Source: Octopus vulgaris (taxonomy: Eukaryota). From it: a stretch of DNA of 64,000 nucleotides. Location of the stretch: positions 34,472,001 to 34,536,000 of the forward strand of contig OX597837.1 of the NCBI GenBank assembly GCA_951406725.2. Reading direction: 5' to 3'. The position numbers were made by a program, and so were the translations under genes. Shown in pieces: positions 12,726-25,717 of the stretch. The notes beneath the pieces are model-generated. The model did no database searches. It saw only the letters and a program-made list of their open reading frames with translations, and was not told the DNA's origin. Position 1 is the first letter of the stretch. Every line of letters begins with the position of its first letter.

Positions 12726-13157
12726 TTTAGCTTTGCTTTAAAACAAGGAATTTGTATCATAGAACGAGGGGTGGGGGAGTGGAGTCCCAGGTCGGTTTGT
12801 ACCAGAAAGGTTAAAATGCCATTTTTAAATGTTCTTTTTGTGAAAGAAAAAATTCATTACCCATAACCAACAATGTAGTGAAACTTTGTAGTTGATTGTT
12901 TTTTTAATAGAAAATTCATTTTAAAAATTCACTCCTCACCCTAAAAAATGTTGTGTCCCTTTCTACAAACTTACTCTAAAATCTCTCTCTCTCTGTCTGT
13001 GTAATCTACACTCTTAGCTACAATGAAAATTCTCTTCAGGGGCTTTCTCTGTTTGACTGAGAGCAAGGATTGCCAAAATGTTTCATTGTTCTCCATTCAG
13101 GGTCACTGAACTTTGATAAAGTTTACCTTCATCTATTTTAGAGTAGCAAACAACATA

Positions 13158-13410
13158 AACATAGTGGTTAAGAGTGCAGGCTACCAACCCCAAGATTCCG
13201 AGTTCGATTCCAGGCAGTGACCTGAATAATAATAATAACAATAATAATGATAATAATAATAACAACGTCGAAAAATACCTTAGGAATGAGAACCCAGGTT
13301 TGAAATTTCTCCAAGACACCTGATGAAGGCTGGAGGGTACATCAGCCGAAATGTTGTGTTAGCAACAAACAAGATGAGGACAAATATCCGTCAATTGTAA
13401 ATGATGTAGA
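13158..13410 (+). mobile_element. tRNA-headed SINE family H
   Basis: Same head and body; best-preserved hammerhead motif. Confidence 0.75.
13315..13360 (+). ncRNA. Minimal type I hammerhead ribozyme motif (Penelope-like)
   Basis: GACAC-CUGAUGA-A-GGCUG(loop)CAGCC-GAAA-UG-UU-GUGUU: intact core boxes, stem I GACAC/GUGUU, stem II GGCUG/CAGCC. Confidence 0.55.
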
Positions 13411-14241
13411 AAGACTAACTTTATCTTAATAAAGCAGCATTGTGGCTGGCACCAAAGAGGGGGTGGGGAAAGAATCAAGAGGGAGAAAATTGGGTCTCGG
13501 AACTCCCATGCACGCATGCATGTGCACACATGTGCATACCCTCAGACACATGTAAGCACCTGCGCTTATGTGCAGACACATGTCTGACAGTGAGAAGCAA
13601 TAATATTTATTTATTTATTCTGCTCTTCGATAGGGGCCAATGAGGGGAAAGCAAAAGAAACAGATGCAATTTTGTTTGCTAAAAGGGATTTGAGAGGGGT
13701 CATAAAACATCTCTGACTGAAAGACATGCAATGAAGGATAATGGTAGGTAAGGATGTATAAAATAATAAGAGACTATTTACATTAAAAGACAAATATGAA
13801 TGCAATAGTGTGTGTGTGTGTGTGTATAAATAAAGGTCAGTAGAGTTAGAGGTTGGGATAACTGTCTAAGGGATAAAAGTATCCATTATACTACTGGTAT
13901 AATTACCTATGTTAACCCTGGACATACATATGCAAGCATCTCCATAATGCCAGAGCTGTGAGACCTGTATTGCAATCAGGACCAAAAACATCTGATTGCA
14001 ATACTCAAAGCCTGTAGAGGCACGTGGCCTGGTGGTAGTTCACTCAGCTGGCAAAAGTGAGTAGTACCTGTGATGGACTGGCGTCCTGTCCAGGGGAGGA
14101 GTATATGTGCCACAGAACTCATAGGTTACAGGTAACGACAAAGATAAACATGAGTTTGTCAGGAAACAAATTTAAAGTAAACAAAAAATGGAGAAATATA
14201 TATCTCGTTTCTCCATTTTCTATTTACCTAAAATATTTGTT

Positions 14242-14283
<42 letters not shown>

Positions 14284-15471
14284 GGTGAAGTGGGGCTGGC
14301 TTGATTATGACAACACAGTTTAGTTTAAACACAAGATCTCAGATCAATCCTTTACCGAAAAAGCATCTTCAATGTTGCGTGTGTGTGTGTTGTTTCAGCC
14401 GCTGGACTGTAGCCATGCTGGAGCACCACCTTGAAGGGTTTAGTCAAACAAATCGACCTCACCACTTTTTATTTTTTTTAGGCCTGGTATTCTATTCGTT
14501 TTCATTTGCCAAACTGCTAAGTTACAAGGGCATAAACGCACCAACACTGGTTGTCAATGAGTGGTGGGGGACAAACATAAACACACACACACACATATGA
14601 CTGGCTTGTTTTGGTTTGTCTGCGAAATCCACTCACAAGCCTTTGGTCAGCCTGGAGCTATAGTGGATTGAACCGGGAAGCATACAGTTGGAAAGCAAAC
14701 TTCTTACCACACAGTCTTTCAATGGAAGATCTATCGAAATGTTTTAAGGCCAAACAGTTAACTGTTACTTATATATATGCACATATACACACACACACAC
14801 ACATTATATATCATAATCGTCGTTTAACGTCCACTTTCCATGCTGGCATGGGTTGGATGGTTTGAGGACTGGCGAGCCAGAAGGCTGCACCAGGCTCCAA
14901 TCTGATCTGGCAAAGTTTCTACCACTGGATGCCCTTCCTAACACCACTCTGAGAGAGTAGTGAGTGCTTTTACGTGCCACGGACATGAGGGCCAGTCAGG
15001 CGGTACTGGCATTGACCACGCTCAATCTGATCTGGCAGAGTTTCTACAGCTGGATGCCCTTTCTAATGCCAACAACTCCGAGACTGTAGTGGGTGCTTTT
15101 ACGTGCCACTGGCTCGAGGGCCAGTCAGGTAGTACTGGCAACGACCAGGCTCAAAATGTGTTTTTTACGTGCCACCTACATGGGTGCCAGTTTGGTGGCA
15201 CATCCCAATATGAATTCAAGTAATCCTGTAGCACTCATAAAAAAAAATCCTCCTTAATGTATCATTCTACAAAACAAAGAATTTATTGTACATGAGAAAA
15301 TGATAAGGAGTGTATAAAGTTATAAATGACAAATAGTTTGGTGAAATTTTAAGTTACGAAACATATGTCGTGATATTTGAATTTTCTTATTGTTAAATCA
15401 AATTTCTTCAAACTGTTTCTCTGCCATTTACGACTTATCTCTGTATGTGTGCATAGATGCCTGTGACTCAG

Positions 15472-15848
15472 TACAGGTATGGTTGTGTAGCTAAGAAGCT
15501 ATCTTCCCAGTGACATGGTTGCAGGTTAGTCCCACTGCATGGCACCTTGAGCCAGTGTTTTCTACTATTGCTTTGAGCTTACCAAAACCTTGTGAGTGGA
15601 TTTGGTGAGCAGAAACTGAAAGGAGCCCATTATGTATATATCTGTGTTTGTATCCATTCACTGCTTGACAACTAGTGTGGGTTTGTTTACATCCCTGTAA
15701 CTTAGCAGTTCAGCCAAAGAGACCGATAAAAGAAGCACCTAACTTTTTAAAAAAATAAATTAAAATGTTGGGGTTGATGTGTTTGATAATTCCCTTCAAG
15801 GCAGAGCCCCAGCATGGCCACAGTCCAATGACTGAAGCAAGTAAAAAA
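15472..15848 (+). mobile_element. SINE family A, diverged
   Basis: Recognisable head, middle and tail motifs. Confidence 0.65.
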
Positions 15849-16352
15849 AGACACACACACACACACTGATTCATTTATTCAATCTACCTCTCTTTCTCCA
15901 TGCTGTCATAGCTTGGGTTTTTCTATTACAAGGCATTGATTTCTCCTGAACTGGTTTTCAAGTAAAGGCAATCTATTATTCCATGTGATTTTTTTCAAGG
16001 CTTGAAATGAGTGATTGATTTGTTGACAGGGCAAATAATACTGTCACTGCTTGTAGCTCAGCAGTTTTCAAGAAATGCTAATTTAAGCAAGCACACACGC
16101 ATATGCAGACACAGAAGCACTGAAGCCACACTACGCAGGCATCAGCTGTGATAGGTTAGACATGTTGTGGTGGTTCCTGCCTGGCCTGTAGGATCTTGTA
16201 AACCTTGTTATGCCATGGACATCATCTAAAGAAACGGTTTGAAAGCTATTTTTTTTATCTAAGGGCTCCTGTGATTCCTAGTTTACTCTAGTGTACCCCC
16301 ATAGCCATTCAAAGTTTAAATAATAGTTTTATAGATAAAACTGTTATGCCAT

Positions 16353-16616
16353 GGACATATGGCGTAGTGGTTAAGAGCACGGGCTACTAACCCCAAGATT
16401 CCGAGTTCGATTCCAAGCAGTGACCTGAACAATAACAATAATAATATTGAAAAATACCTTAGGAATGAGAACCCAGGTTCGAAATTTCCCCAAGACACCT
16501 GGAGAAGGCTGGAGGGTATATCAGCCGAAACATGCTAACAACAAACAAGACGAGGACAAATGTCCGTCAAATGTAAATAATGTAAACAATGTACATAATT
16601 CCTCATCTCTTAAATA
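16353..16616 (+). mobile_element. tRNA-headed SINE family H, tail interrupted by a family A SINE
   Basis: Same consensus; tail resumes at about 17005. Confidence 0.75.
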
Positions 16617-17003
16617 TTCTTTTACTCTTTTTTACTCTTTTTCTTGTTTCAGTCATTTGACTGCGGCTATGCTGGAGCACTGCTTTTAGTCGAGCAAATC
16701 GACCCCGGGACTTATTCTTTGTAAGCCCAGTACTTATTCTATCGGTCTCTTTTTGCCGAACCGCTAAGTGACGGGGACGTAAACACACCAGCATCGGTTG
16801 TCAAGCAATGCTAGGGGGAAAAACACACACACACACACACACATATATACATATATACGACAGGCTTCTTTCAGTTTCTGTCTACCAAATCCACTCACAA
16901 GGCAATAGCTGAAGACACTTGCCCAAGATGCCACGCAGTGGGACTGAACCCGGAACCATGTGGTTGGTAAGCAAGCTACTTACCACACAGCCACTCCTGC
17001 GCC
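16617..17003 (-). mobile_element. SINE family A
   Basis: Near-consensus copy. Confidence 0.85.
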
Positions 17004-17894
17004 TATATAGAACAGTTTTATAGATACTTCTTTAAAAATTCCTAATTTTGTTTTCCACTCCTTCATTTGTGTGCATTTGCAACAGAACTCTTCTGAAAGA
17101 CTATGTTCTAATGGTTGATCTCTGCAAGATGTCAGAGAAAGAAACTTTTTTTGCAATAAATATATATCGAATGCAAAATTGTTTCATACACCCTTCAAAT
17201 ACTACTGTGTGCCCCCAATTTACTATTCCACTTGCTTTGACCCCCCTCTCCCCCCATCCCCATCTCATATGGATCCTCGTTGAGAACTGCTGATCAAAGA
17301 CCATTTTGAAGAGGCTTGACCTTCACTCTTCAAAAATGGAGGGCATTTTGGCATTCCTCACAGCTGGAAAGGCTGTGGTGATGGTGGAGATTGAAGATGC
17401 GGAGGAGAAACACACTCAGCACTGGAATGAGGCCCCCCCCCAAAAAAACATCGATTCATTCAATCCATTTTTGTCACCTTACTATTCCTGGAAAGGTCCT
17501 CGAGGGTGGAGTTCTTGGCTAGCTCTGCTGTTGGACTCTACCAGAAGCAACGATCAGACTTTCCGGCTAGATATCCAAGCATGACCAACATCCTTGTTCT
17601 TTGCCCACCTCTTGGTTTTCTTCTGGTTGGATTGTCTTGCTATCATTTCCCAAGGCATTCCACCTGCATCTCCATAATCCCTTCTACTATAGGCACAAGG
17701 CCTGAAATTTGGGGGAGGGGGATAGTTGATTACATTGACCCCAGTACTTAACTGGTACTTGATTTATCGACCCTGAAAGGATGAAAGGCAAAGTTGACCT
17801 CAGCAGAATACCTACATCTCCATAATGCCAGATCTGTGAGACCTGTATTGCAATCAGAACCAAAAAAATCTGATTGCAATACTCAAAGCCTGTA

Positions 17895-18130
17895 GAGGCA
17901 CGTGGCCTGGTGGTTAGGGTATTAGACTCATGATCGTAAGAGTGTGGCTTCGATTCCTGAATCGGGCAACGTGTTGTGTCCTTGAGCAAGACACTTCATT
18001 TCACGTTGCTCCAGTCCGCTCAGCTGGCAAAAGTGAGTAGTACCTGTGATGGACTGGCGTCCTGTCCAGGGGAGGAGTATATGTGCCACAGAAACTGTCT
18101 CTATGGGTTTACATGATTTGGGAAGGATCT
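17895..18130 (+). mobile_element. tRNA-derived SINE family D (CORE-like CCTTGAGCAAGACACTT)
   Basis: A/B boxes; related copies at 20703-21020, 23305-23460, 45205-45440 (+) and 62590-62790 (-). Confidence 0.65.
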
Positions 18131-18644
18131 TATCTTTATTATCTCTTCTCTCTTTAAGGCTTAGAAAAGAGACTTTGCTCATAGACTGATGCCTGGCCTG
18201 TCCGTCCATCCATCCAGCCAACTGATCATTTCCATATCCTGTCTGATTGAAACCTTCACGTTGACTGAGGGAAAAGGTCGTCATTGAAGTCTGTTGACAA
18301 CCAGAAGTTTGCGTGTGTTTCTTTTACTTGTTTTAGTCATTGGATAGCAGCCATGCTGGAGCACTGCCTCATATTTCCTGTCATCGTCATTTGATGTCCA
18401 CGTTTCCATGTTTTTCATGGGTCAGACGAAATTTACAGAGGCTGACTCGCCATGGCTGGATGCTCTTTCTGTTTCCATGTCGGCTCATATTGCTCTTTGC
18501 TTTGTCCTCCAAACATAAATAGAACAACGGCCTGACATGTTTTCACGGAAGATTGCAAATGAATGACATCCTCTTGTAGGATTATGGCATTCGTTTGCAT
18601 TTAGCATGTAATGTCAAGACAAGAAGACACAAACAAACACACAC

Positions 18645-18695
<51 letters not shown>

Positions 18696-19063
18696 CATAT
18701 ACTACACCTGATTTTCTCCCCTCCATATACACACAAGCATGTATCTGACTCATACACTGTTCGCTTTCCAGACACTTGTACATTACTGCATACACTTTAT
18801 ACGCACTTTCTGACAAGTTGTGGTGCACCTGAGCACTATATACAATAATTTCATTATTATCATTATTATTATATATGTGTGTGTGTGTGTGTGTGTATAA
18901 TAATAGATACATATAATTGTTAAAAAGGATGATATCTGCAATGGCTCCCTAACTACCGTCTCAGCTATAACCTTGGAGCCCCAGTAATCCGTTACAACAC
19001 TTACCTAGCATACCTAATCATTTAGATCACCTCTGAACTAAACCCCCATACTTTGTATGTATG

Positions 19064-19093
<30 letters not shown>

Positions 19094-19095
<2 letters not shown>

Positions 19096-19465
19096 CTCTT
19101 TTACTTGTTTCAGTCATTTGACTGCGGCCATGCTGGAGCACCACCTTTAATCGAGCAACTCGACCCCGGGACTTATTCTTTGTAAGCCCAGTACTTATTC
19201 TATCGGTCTCTTTTTGCCGAACCGCTAAGTGACGGGGACATAAACACACCAGCATCGGTTGTCAAGCAATGCTAGGGGGACAAACACATACACATACATA
19301 TACATATATCTGACAGGCTTCTTTCAGTTTCCGTCTACCAAATCCACTCACAAGGCATCGGTCGGCCCGAGGCTATAGCAGAAGACACTTGGCCATGCAG
19401 TGGGACTGAACCCGGAACCATGTGGTTGGTAAGCAAGCTACTTACCACACAGCCACTCCTGCGCC
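19094..19465 (-). mobile_element. SINE family A
   Basis: Near-consensus copy. Confidence 0.85.
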
Positions 19466-19771
19466 TGTTTGTGTCTCAGTTTATCGTGAAACGTGAACTG
19501 ATGTCAGTTAAGATATGAACACTTACAATACAGTAGCAAAGTTGTTACAGCAAACATGATTGGAAGTTTTTACATTCACATGATAATGATAATAATAATA
19601 ATAATAATAATGATAATAATAATAATAATAAAAGAATCTATCTCCCCTTCTCCTTCTACAATATGTATTATGTGTGTGTGTCTGGTTGTATTGTGTGTAT
19701 GGTTGTCTGTGTGTCTGACTGTCTGTATCAGAATGTGAATGTGTGTGTATGTATATATATATATATATATA

Positions 19772-20133
19772 CCGGAGTAAACACATAAATGTGAAACAAG
19801 GTAGAAAAAAAAGAGTACTCGAATACCAGTGGTAGAGTAATATGCTTTATTTAAAAGCAGCAGAAAATTCAACAAAACCTGTTACTCTGAGTTTCCCGTT
19901 GCCGTTCGTCGGACAGTTTTTGCAAGACGGGTCGGGTAGGTTGCCGATGCTTGTCACTGACCGGCGGCAGCGGGCGACTTTTCGGGCAGGGTGTCCCGCG
20001 ACCGCAATGCGCATCGCCCTCTTGCGAGGGATCAGCGCGGTCGCCACGCGCGGGTGGCAAAAACTGTCCGACGAACGGCAACGGGAAACTCCAAGTAACA
20101 GGTTTTGTTGAATTTTCTGCTGCTTTAAATAAA

Positions 20134-20139
<6 letters not shown>
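19772..20139. repeat. Fold-back element: ~84-bp inverted arms around a GC-rich core
   Basis: 19840-19923 is the reverse complement of 20057-20139. Confidence 0.85.
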
Positions 20140-20179
<40 letters not shown>

Positions 20180-21044
20180 GGTTGTCTGTATCTGAGTTTG
20201 TTGAAGTCTGTGTATGTTGTGTGTGTTTTATAGAGCAATTGGTTTTTGTTTTTTTTTGGGTCTTGTTTGACACAAAATACTGTCAAGTCTTAGGGAGATG
20301 TTGTGATGTTCATGCTTAAAAGAAACTTCCATTAGTTGTATAATAAGAAGGAAGCTCAGGAAACATAATGTTGACTTAGAAAAAGTGTACTTTTTGGTAA
20401 ACGATACTTACTGGTTCTTTATTAGCTCTCCAGTGAGAGGGGTGGGGACAGGAAAAGGGGTTAGGTTTGGAAGGGAGAGAATTGATTGGCGGTTACACTG
20501 GTGTGTGTGTGGGGGGGATGAATGGATAAGGGGGGGGGGGCGTGAAGATGCTGTGTATTGTGAGGGGGGGTGATGGTGTGTTGGAATTGATAGGAGATGG
20601 CGTTGATGGGAGGAAAAGGAAGACGGTGACCAGTAGAGGTGGTTGAAGGAGGAGAGACAGAAAGATCTCCATGGCTTCCATCAGCAATGAATGACCATAG
20701 AGTGGAAAGCTGAGTGGTTAGGGTGTTCAGCTCAGAACTGGAAGGTCATGAGTTCGATTCCCGGTGGCCTGGTGTGTCCTTGAGCAAGACACTTTACTCC
20801 ACGTTGCTCCTGTCCACTCAGCTGGCAAAAATGAGTTGTACCTGTAATTACAAAGGGACCAGCTGTGTCACATTCTGTGTCATGCTGAATCTCCCTGAGA
20901 ACTACATTGAGGGTATGCGTGTCTGCGGAGTACTCAGCCACTTGCACGTAAATTTCACGAGCAGACTGTTCTGTTGATCTGATCAACTGGAACCCTCGTC
21001 ATCGTAACCATCAGAGCACCAGTTTCTTTTTTAAATGACTCTAG

Positions 21045-21320
21045 ATGTAGTTCCTTGTCTGCCCATTCTGGAGCAATGTTGTCTGTGGCTTGAATAGTCT
21101 GATGCCTGAATGGCAGTCATTCCACCATGTTGCACATGGGAGCTGCTGTTTGAGCTGTAGTGTTGTTTTCTGTGGATCCACTGCATTTGCCAGTCTCTCC
21201 AGTACAGAATGTTTAATAAGATCTGAGCGAGGGCAGTATGATATGGAGCACAGGTTGTTTGCCCAAGCAGTGTGTTCCCTCTCTTTGTGTCTCAAACTCA
21301 GGCCACGTCAGCTCTGATAC
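21045..21320 (-). mobile_element. RTE-clade LINE 3' remnant
   Basis: Frameshifted C..DCHSGIRLF/SHRQHC resembles the RTE C-terminal CHSRIGLFSH..C motif (recalled). Confidence 0.45.
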
Positions 21321-21430
21321 TCAATGACTTGGTCAGAAAATCTGCTGTGACAGTCGACGATTGATGGCAAGGGAAGTAAACACACCAACATCAGTTGCCA
21401 AGTGGTGCTCGGGGGGACAAACAGGCAAAA

Positions 21431-21461
<31 letters not shown>

Positions 21462-21591
21462 ATGGCTTCTTTTCCATCTACCAAATCCACTCACAAGACT
21501 TTAGTTGGCCCAAGGTGCCACACAGTGGGACTGAACCTGGAACTATGTGGTTGGAAAGCAAGCTTCTTACCACACAGCCACATGCATTATA

Positions 21592-22300
21592 TTCTCAAGC
21601 ACTATTGGTAACAGATTGTCGGCAACTAAACTGGCAACACTCAGCAAGTGAGTTTGGTGAGGAGGGTGAGTTTTGGACACCCTCTGGGATGGAAAACAAG
21701 CACCTTTTCAAAGGACAGGAACTGATGTTACGGATCTCACCGTTCCAAACTATACGTGCATGCGACTGGGGACCACGTGTGAACTTGTATTCCCACTGAC
21801 ACTCCGAAAATGACCTCTGCACCTCCACAATGAACGACGACTATGACTACGGTGTCTGCATGGTCCAGTGTGATTGCTCTCCTAGTGGTGGGGCATTTGA
21901 CAAACCTGCAAGCGGGACTTTGGGGCCACAAGCAGAAGCCTTACTTTGCCTGCTGGAACATTGGAGCCGACTGTCAGATGTGGTCAGCATTTGTGAGGGA
22001 CATGGGTGGATTCATTGGTCAAAGCCACCTTGACCCACTCTGGGTTAATGCTGTACAGATAGGTCCAAAGGAGCAACAGCATGGCTATTTCAGTTTGTCA
22101 CCATTGTCTTTGCAGGAATTGCTGCACAAGGTTGCAGACATCGAACTACCTCAGGGTTCACTTCCAAAGCCTCTTCTGTGGCTGGGTTTGGTTGCAAGGC
22201 AGCAGAGGTTCGGAATCAGAGTTTTTCCTTCCCTTGATGGTCCCCTGGCTAATGAGCCCTATCTGCAGGACTTGCTAATTAACCCATAGCCGAGACCCTG
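21592..22300 (-). mobile_element. Probable RTE LINE 5'UTR-like sequence
   Basis: GC-richer block resembling RTE leader sequences (recalled); part is duplicated at 24259-24398. Confidence 0.35.
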
Positions 22301-22901
22301 ACAGGTGCTACTACTCCTGGGAATGATGGTAACTAAGAGGTGGTTCCTCAAACCACTGGAACTCCCAAACCAGGGTCCCCATCGACTTAATGCAGTTTGA
22401 AGTCATACGTGGAGAGAAGGGGAGACAGGTTAAGATAAACAAATAAATGTTTCAACTCTTATACCTTGTCTTGGGCCCTTCGGTTTCTCAATAGTGTTAG
22501 GGATAGCATCTTGACATATGATGTATCTTGGGAATTTTTAGACCTGACAGACAAACCGACTGAGAGAAAGAGAAGAATCTACCCCCAATACAGCACTGGT
22601 ATGGCCATTGATCCCGATAGGATAAGACAAAGTTGATCCAGGTGCAATTTGAAATCAGTGCAGAAATGGAGAAATTCATTAGATGCTCTAATGACACTGC
22701 TAATTAGCTGCGTAATCCATAATTATTACTGTCTCAAGTCATGGCCCACATTACTGCCCTCACCACTTGGTTTTCGGGTTCTTGTAGCAGAGGTCTCCAT
22801 TACAAATATTTGGGACAGGCTTCAAATCTAAACGAAACTTCATCCCTCTAGCCATTGGGGGCCCTGGGAAGAGGACACTCTCCTCTCATTAAACTATTTG
22901 A

Positions 22902-23287
22902 TACTCTCTTTTACTTGTTTCAGTCATTTGACTGCGGCCATGCTGGAGCAGCACATTTAATCAAGCAACTCGACCCCGGGGCTCATTCTTTTGTAAGCCC
23001 AGTACTTATTCTATCGGTCTCTTTTGCCGAACCGCTAAGTAACGGGGACATAAACACACCAGCATCGGTTGTCAAGCAATGCTAGGGGGACAAACACAGA
23101 CACACACACACACATATATATATACGACGGGCTTCTTTCAGTTTCTGTCTACCAAATCCACTGACAAGGCTTTGGTCGGCCCGAGGCTATAGTAGAAGAC
23201 ACTTGCCCAAGGTGCCACGCAGTGGGACTGAACCCGGAACCATGTGGTTGGTAAACAAGCTACTTACCACACAGCCACTCCTGCGCC
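22902..23287 (-). mobile_element. SINE family A
   Basis: Near-consensus copy. Confidence 0.85.
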
Positions 23288-23587
23288 TGTGTGTGTGTGT
23301 GTATGAAGGCACATGGCCTAGTGGTTAGGGTGTTGCAATTATGATCACTGAGATGGCGGGTTCAATTCCCAGACCTGGTGATGTGTTGTGTTTTTGAGCA
23401 GAACACTTCATTTCATGTTTCACCAGTCCACTCAGCTGTAAATGGGTCACCCCACAGCAGAAAAACCTTTTGACCGAGGGGAAATGTGGGCCTACTCCCC
23501 TACTCAGTGGGGTGGCATCATTTGAAAACTAAGATAATGCAAAGTGCATTGTGACCAGTGATGGTCAGTACCATGATACATATATAT

Positions 23588-23930
23588 TCTTTTACTTGTT
23601 TTAGTCATTTGACTGTGGCCATGCTGGAGCACCGCCTTTAGTCGAACAAATCAATCCCAGGACTTATTCTTTATAAGCCTAGTACTTATTCCATTGGCTC
23701 TTTTGCCGAACTGCTAAGTTATGGGGAAGTAAACACACCAACATCGGTTGTCAAGTGGTGGTGGTGGGGGGGGGGACAAACAGACAAACACACACATATA
23801 TATATAACGGGCTTCTTTTCCGTCTACCAAATTCACTCGCAAGACTTTAGTTGGCCCAAGGTGTCACACAGTGGGACTGAACCTGGAACTATGTGGTTGG
23901 AAAGCAAGCTTCTTACCACACGGCCACATG
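23588..23930 (-). mobile_element. SINE family A
   Basis: Copy with an internal deletion shared with 21371-21580. Confidence 0.8.
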
Positions 23931-25212
23931 CATATATATATATATTTATATATCATCATCATCATCATCGTTTAACGTCCGTTTTCCGTGCTAGCATGGG
24001 TTAGACAGTTCGACCGGGGTCTGGGAAGCCAGGAGGCTGCACCAGGCTCCAATCTGATCTGGCAGAGTTTCTACAGCTGGATGCCCTTCCTAACACCAAC
24101 CACTCCGTGAGTGTAGTGGGTGCTTTTTACATGCCAGGGAGGGCCTGGCAGTGGCCATGATCGGTTGGTGTCTTTTACGTGCCACCGGCACAGAAGCCAG
24201 GCAAGGCAGCGCTGGCATCGGCCACGTTCGGATGGTGCTTTTTACGTGCCACCGGCACAATTCTCAAGCACTATTGGTAACAGATTGTCGGCAACTAAAC
24301 TGGCAACCCTCAGCAAGTGAGTTTGGTGAGGAGGGCGAGTTTTGGACACCGTCTGGGATGGAAAACAAGCACCTGTCAAAGGACAGAGGAACTGATGTGA
24401 GTCAGTTGCCATTCTGATTGATGTGCATAGAGACAGATGCAGGCTTGGGTGAGCTCTTTAGTTTTTATAAAGATGGCCATTCTGATTGATTGTCACTATA
24501 AGCACACACACACACACACACACAGATATGTATATACATACAGATATATTTGTTTCAACATTCATTACAATTTCTGTCCAGTCTGGAGCAGAAATAAAAT
24601 TAAATTAAAAAAAAAAAAATTCAAACACATTTCCAATTAAAGTTAATGGCTTTATTGAATCTCTGATAGATTTCTAAGAACTGTGTGCATATATATATAT
24701 ATAAACACACACACACACATATATATATATACATACATCACACACGCACAATCTTTATATATTACACATATATATGTACACACACACACACACAATTAAT
24801 ATCCATAAACATTTTACCCAGCTATATGCATACACATAAAAACATATACTTGAATGCGCGCACACACACACATACAACATATATATATGTATTAGACACA
24901 TATACATACATGCAGTGTAGATGTACAAGACCTTGCTCTGTTGGACCCTGTGTAGCAGTAGCCTGCCTTGTTGGGGTTAAATAGCTCTACAGTTCAAGAA
25001 ACCACTAATTAAGTGGTGAGCCTCTAAAAAGCTGGATAGACTCTTTACTTACGGCTCAAATTTGAAAATCCAGTGGAAGTTAGCTTCATTGTAATCGCTA
25101 TTAGGGGTCAGACAAGGGTTTGAAGACCTGTCCTTGCTTGTTTTTTTTCTTTTTGTATTTCAATCTAGAGAAGATATGGGTATAATGTGTGTGTGTGTGT
25201 GTGTGTGTATAG

Positions 25213-25464
25213 ACATTTAAAACACAGAGAAATTACCTATAACAGGGAATTTCTACATGCTAGGGGACAGTCAAAACGACTGAAGACCACAGAAAAATTT
25301 AAGCAATTTCAAAGGGAATGAAAAATAAAAACTTTTACCTTGTTTTTATTTTCCACTCCCTTTGAAATTGCTTAAATTTTTCTGTGGTCTTCAGTCGTTT
25401 TGACTGTCTCCTAGCATGTAGAAATTGTCTGTTATTGGTAATTTCTCTTTTGTGTTTTAAATGT
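25213..25464. repeat. Long imperfect palindrome (~120-bp arms)
   Basis: Arms read directly as reverse complements around a loop at about 25331-25342. Confidence 0.9.
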
Positions 25465-25677
25465 ACACTATTTCATATAGAATAATATGTAGTCTATTGA
25501 CTTTTTATGCATGCTAGGCCACTGGTAATGAGTTTGTAAAAATTTAATATACATCCCCTCCCACATACATACACACAAAATTAGCATCACTGCAACTCAA
25601 AGATCAGTTAAGCTTTTTGAATTTTTGACACCAAATGATGCAGATCTTAGCTATAAACATGCGCTTGTATGTATGTA

Positions 25678-25717
<40 letters not shown>

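Noticed and set aside
13262-13360. Type III hammerhead using upstream CAACGUC
   Set aside because: Stem I cannot form after GUC and the motif is not shared by other copies; the minimal type I fold fits better.
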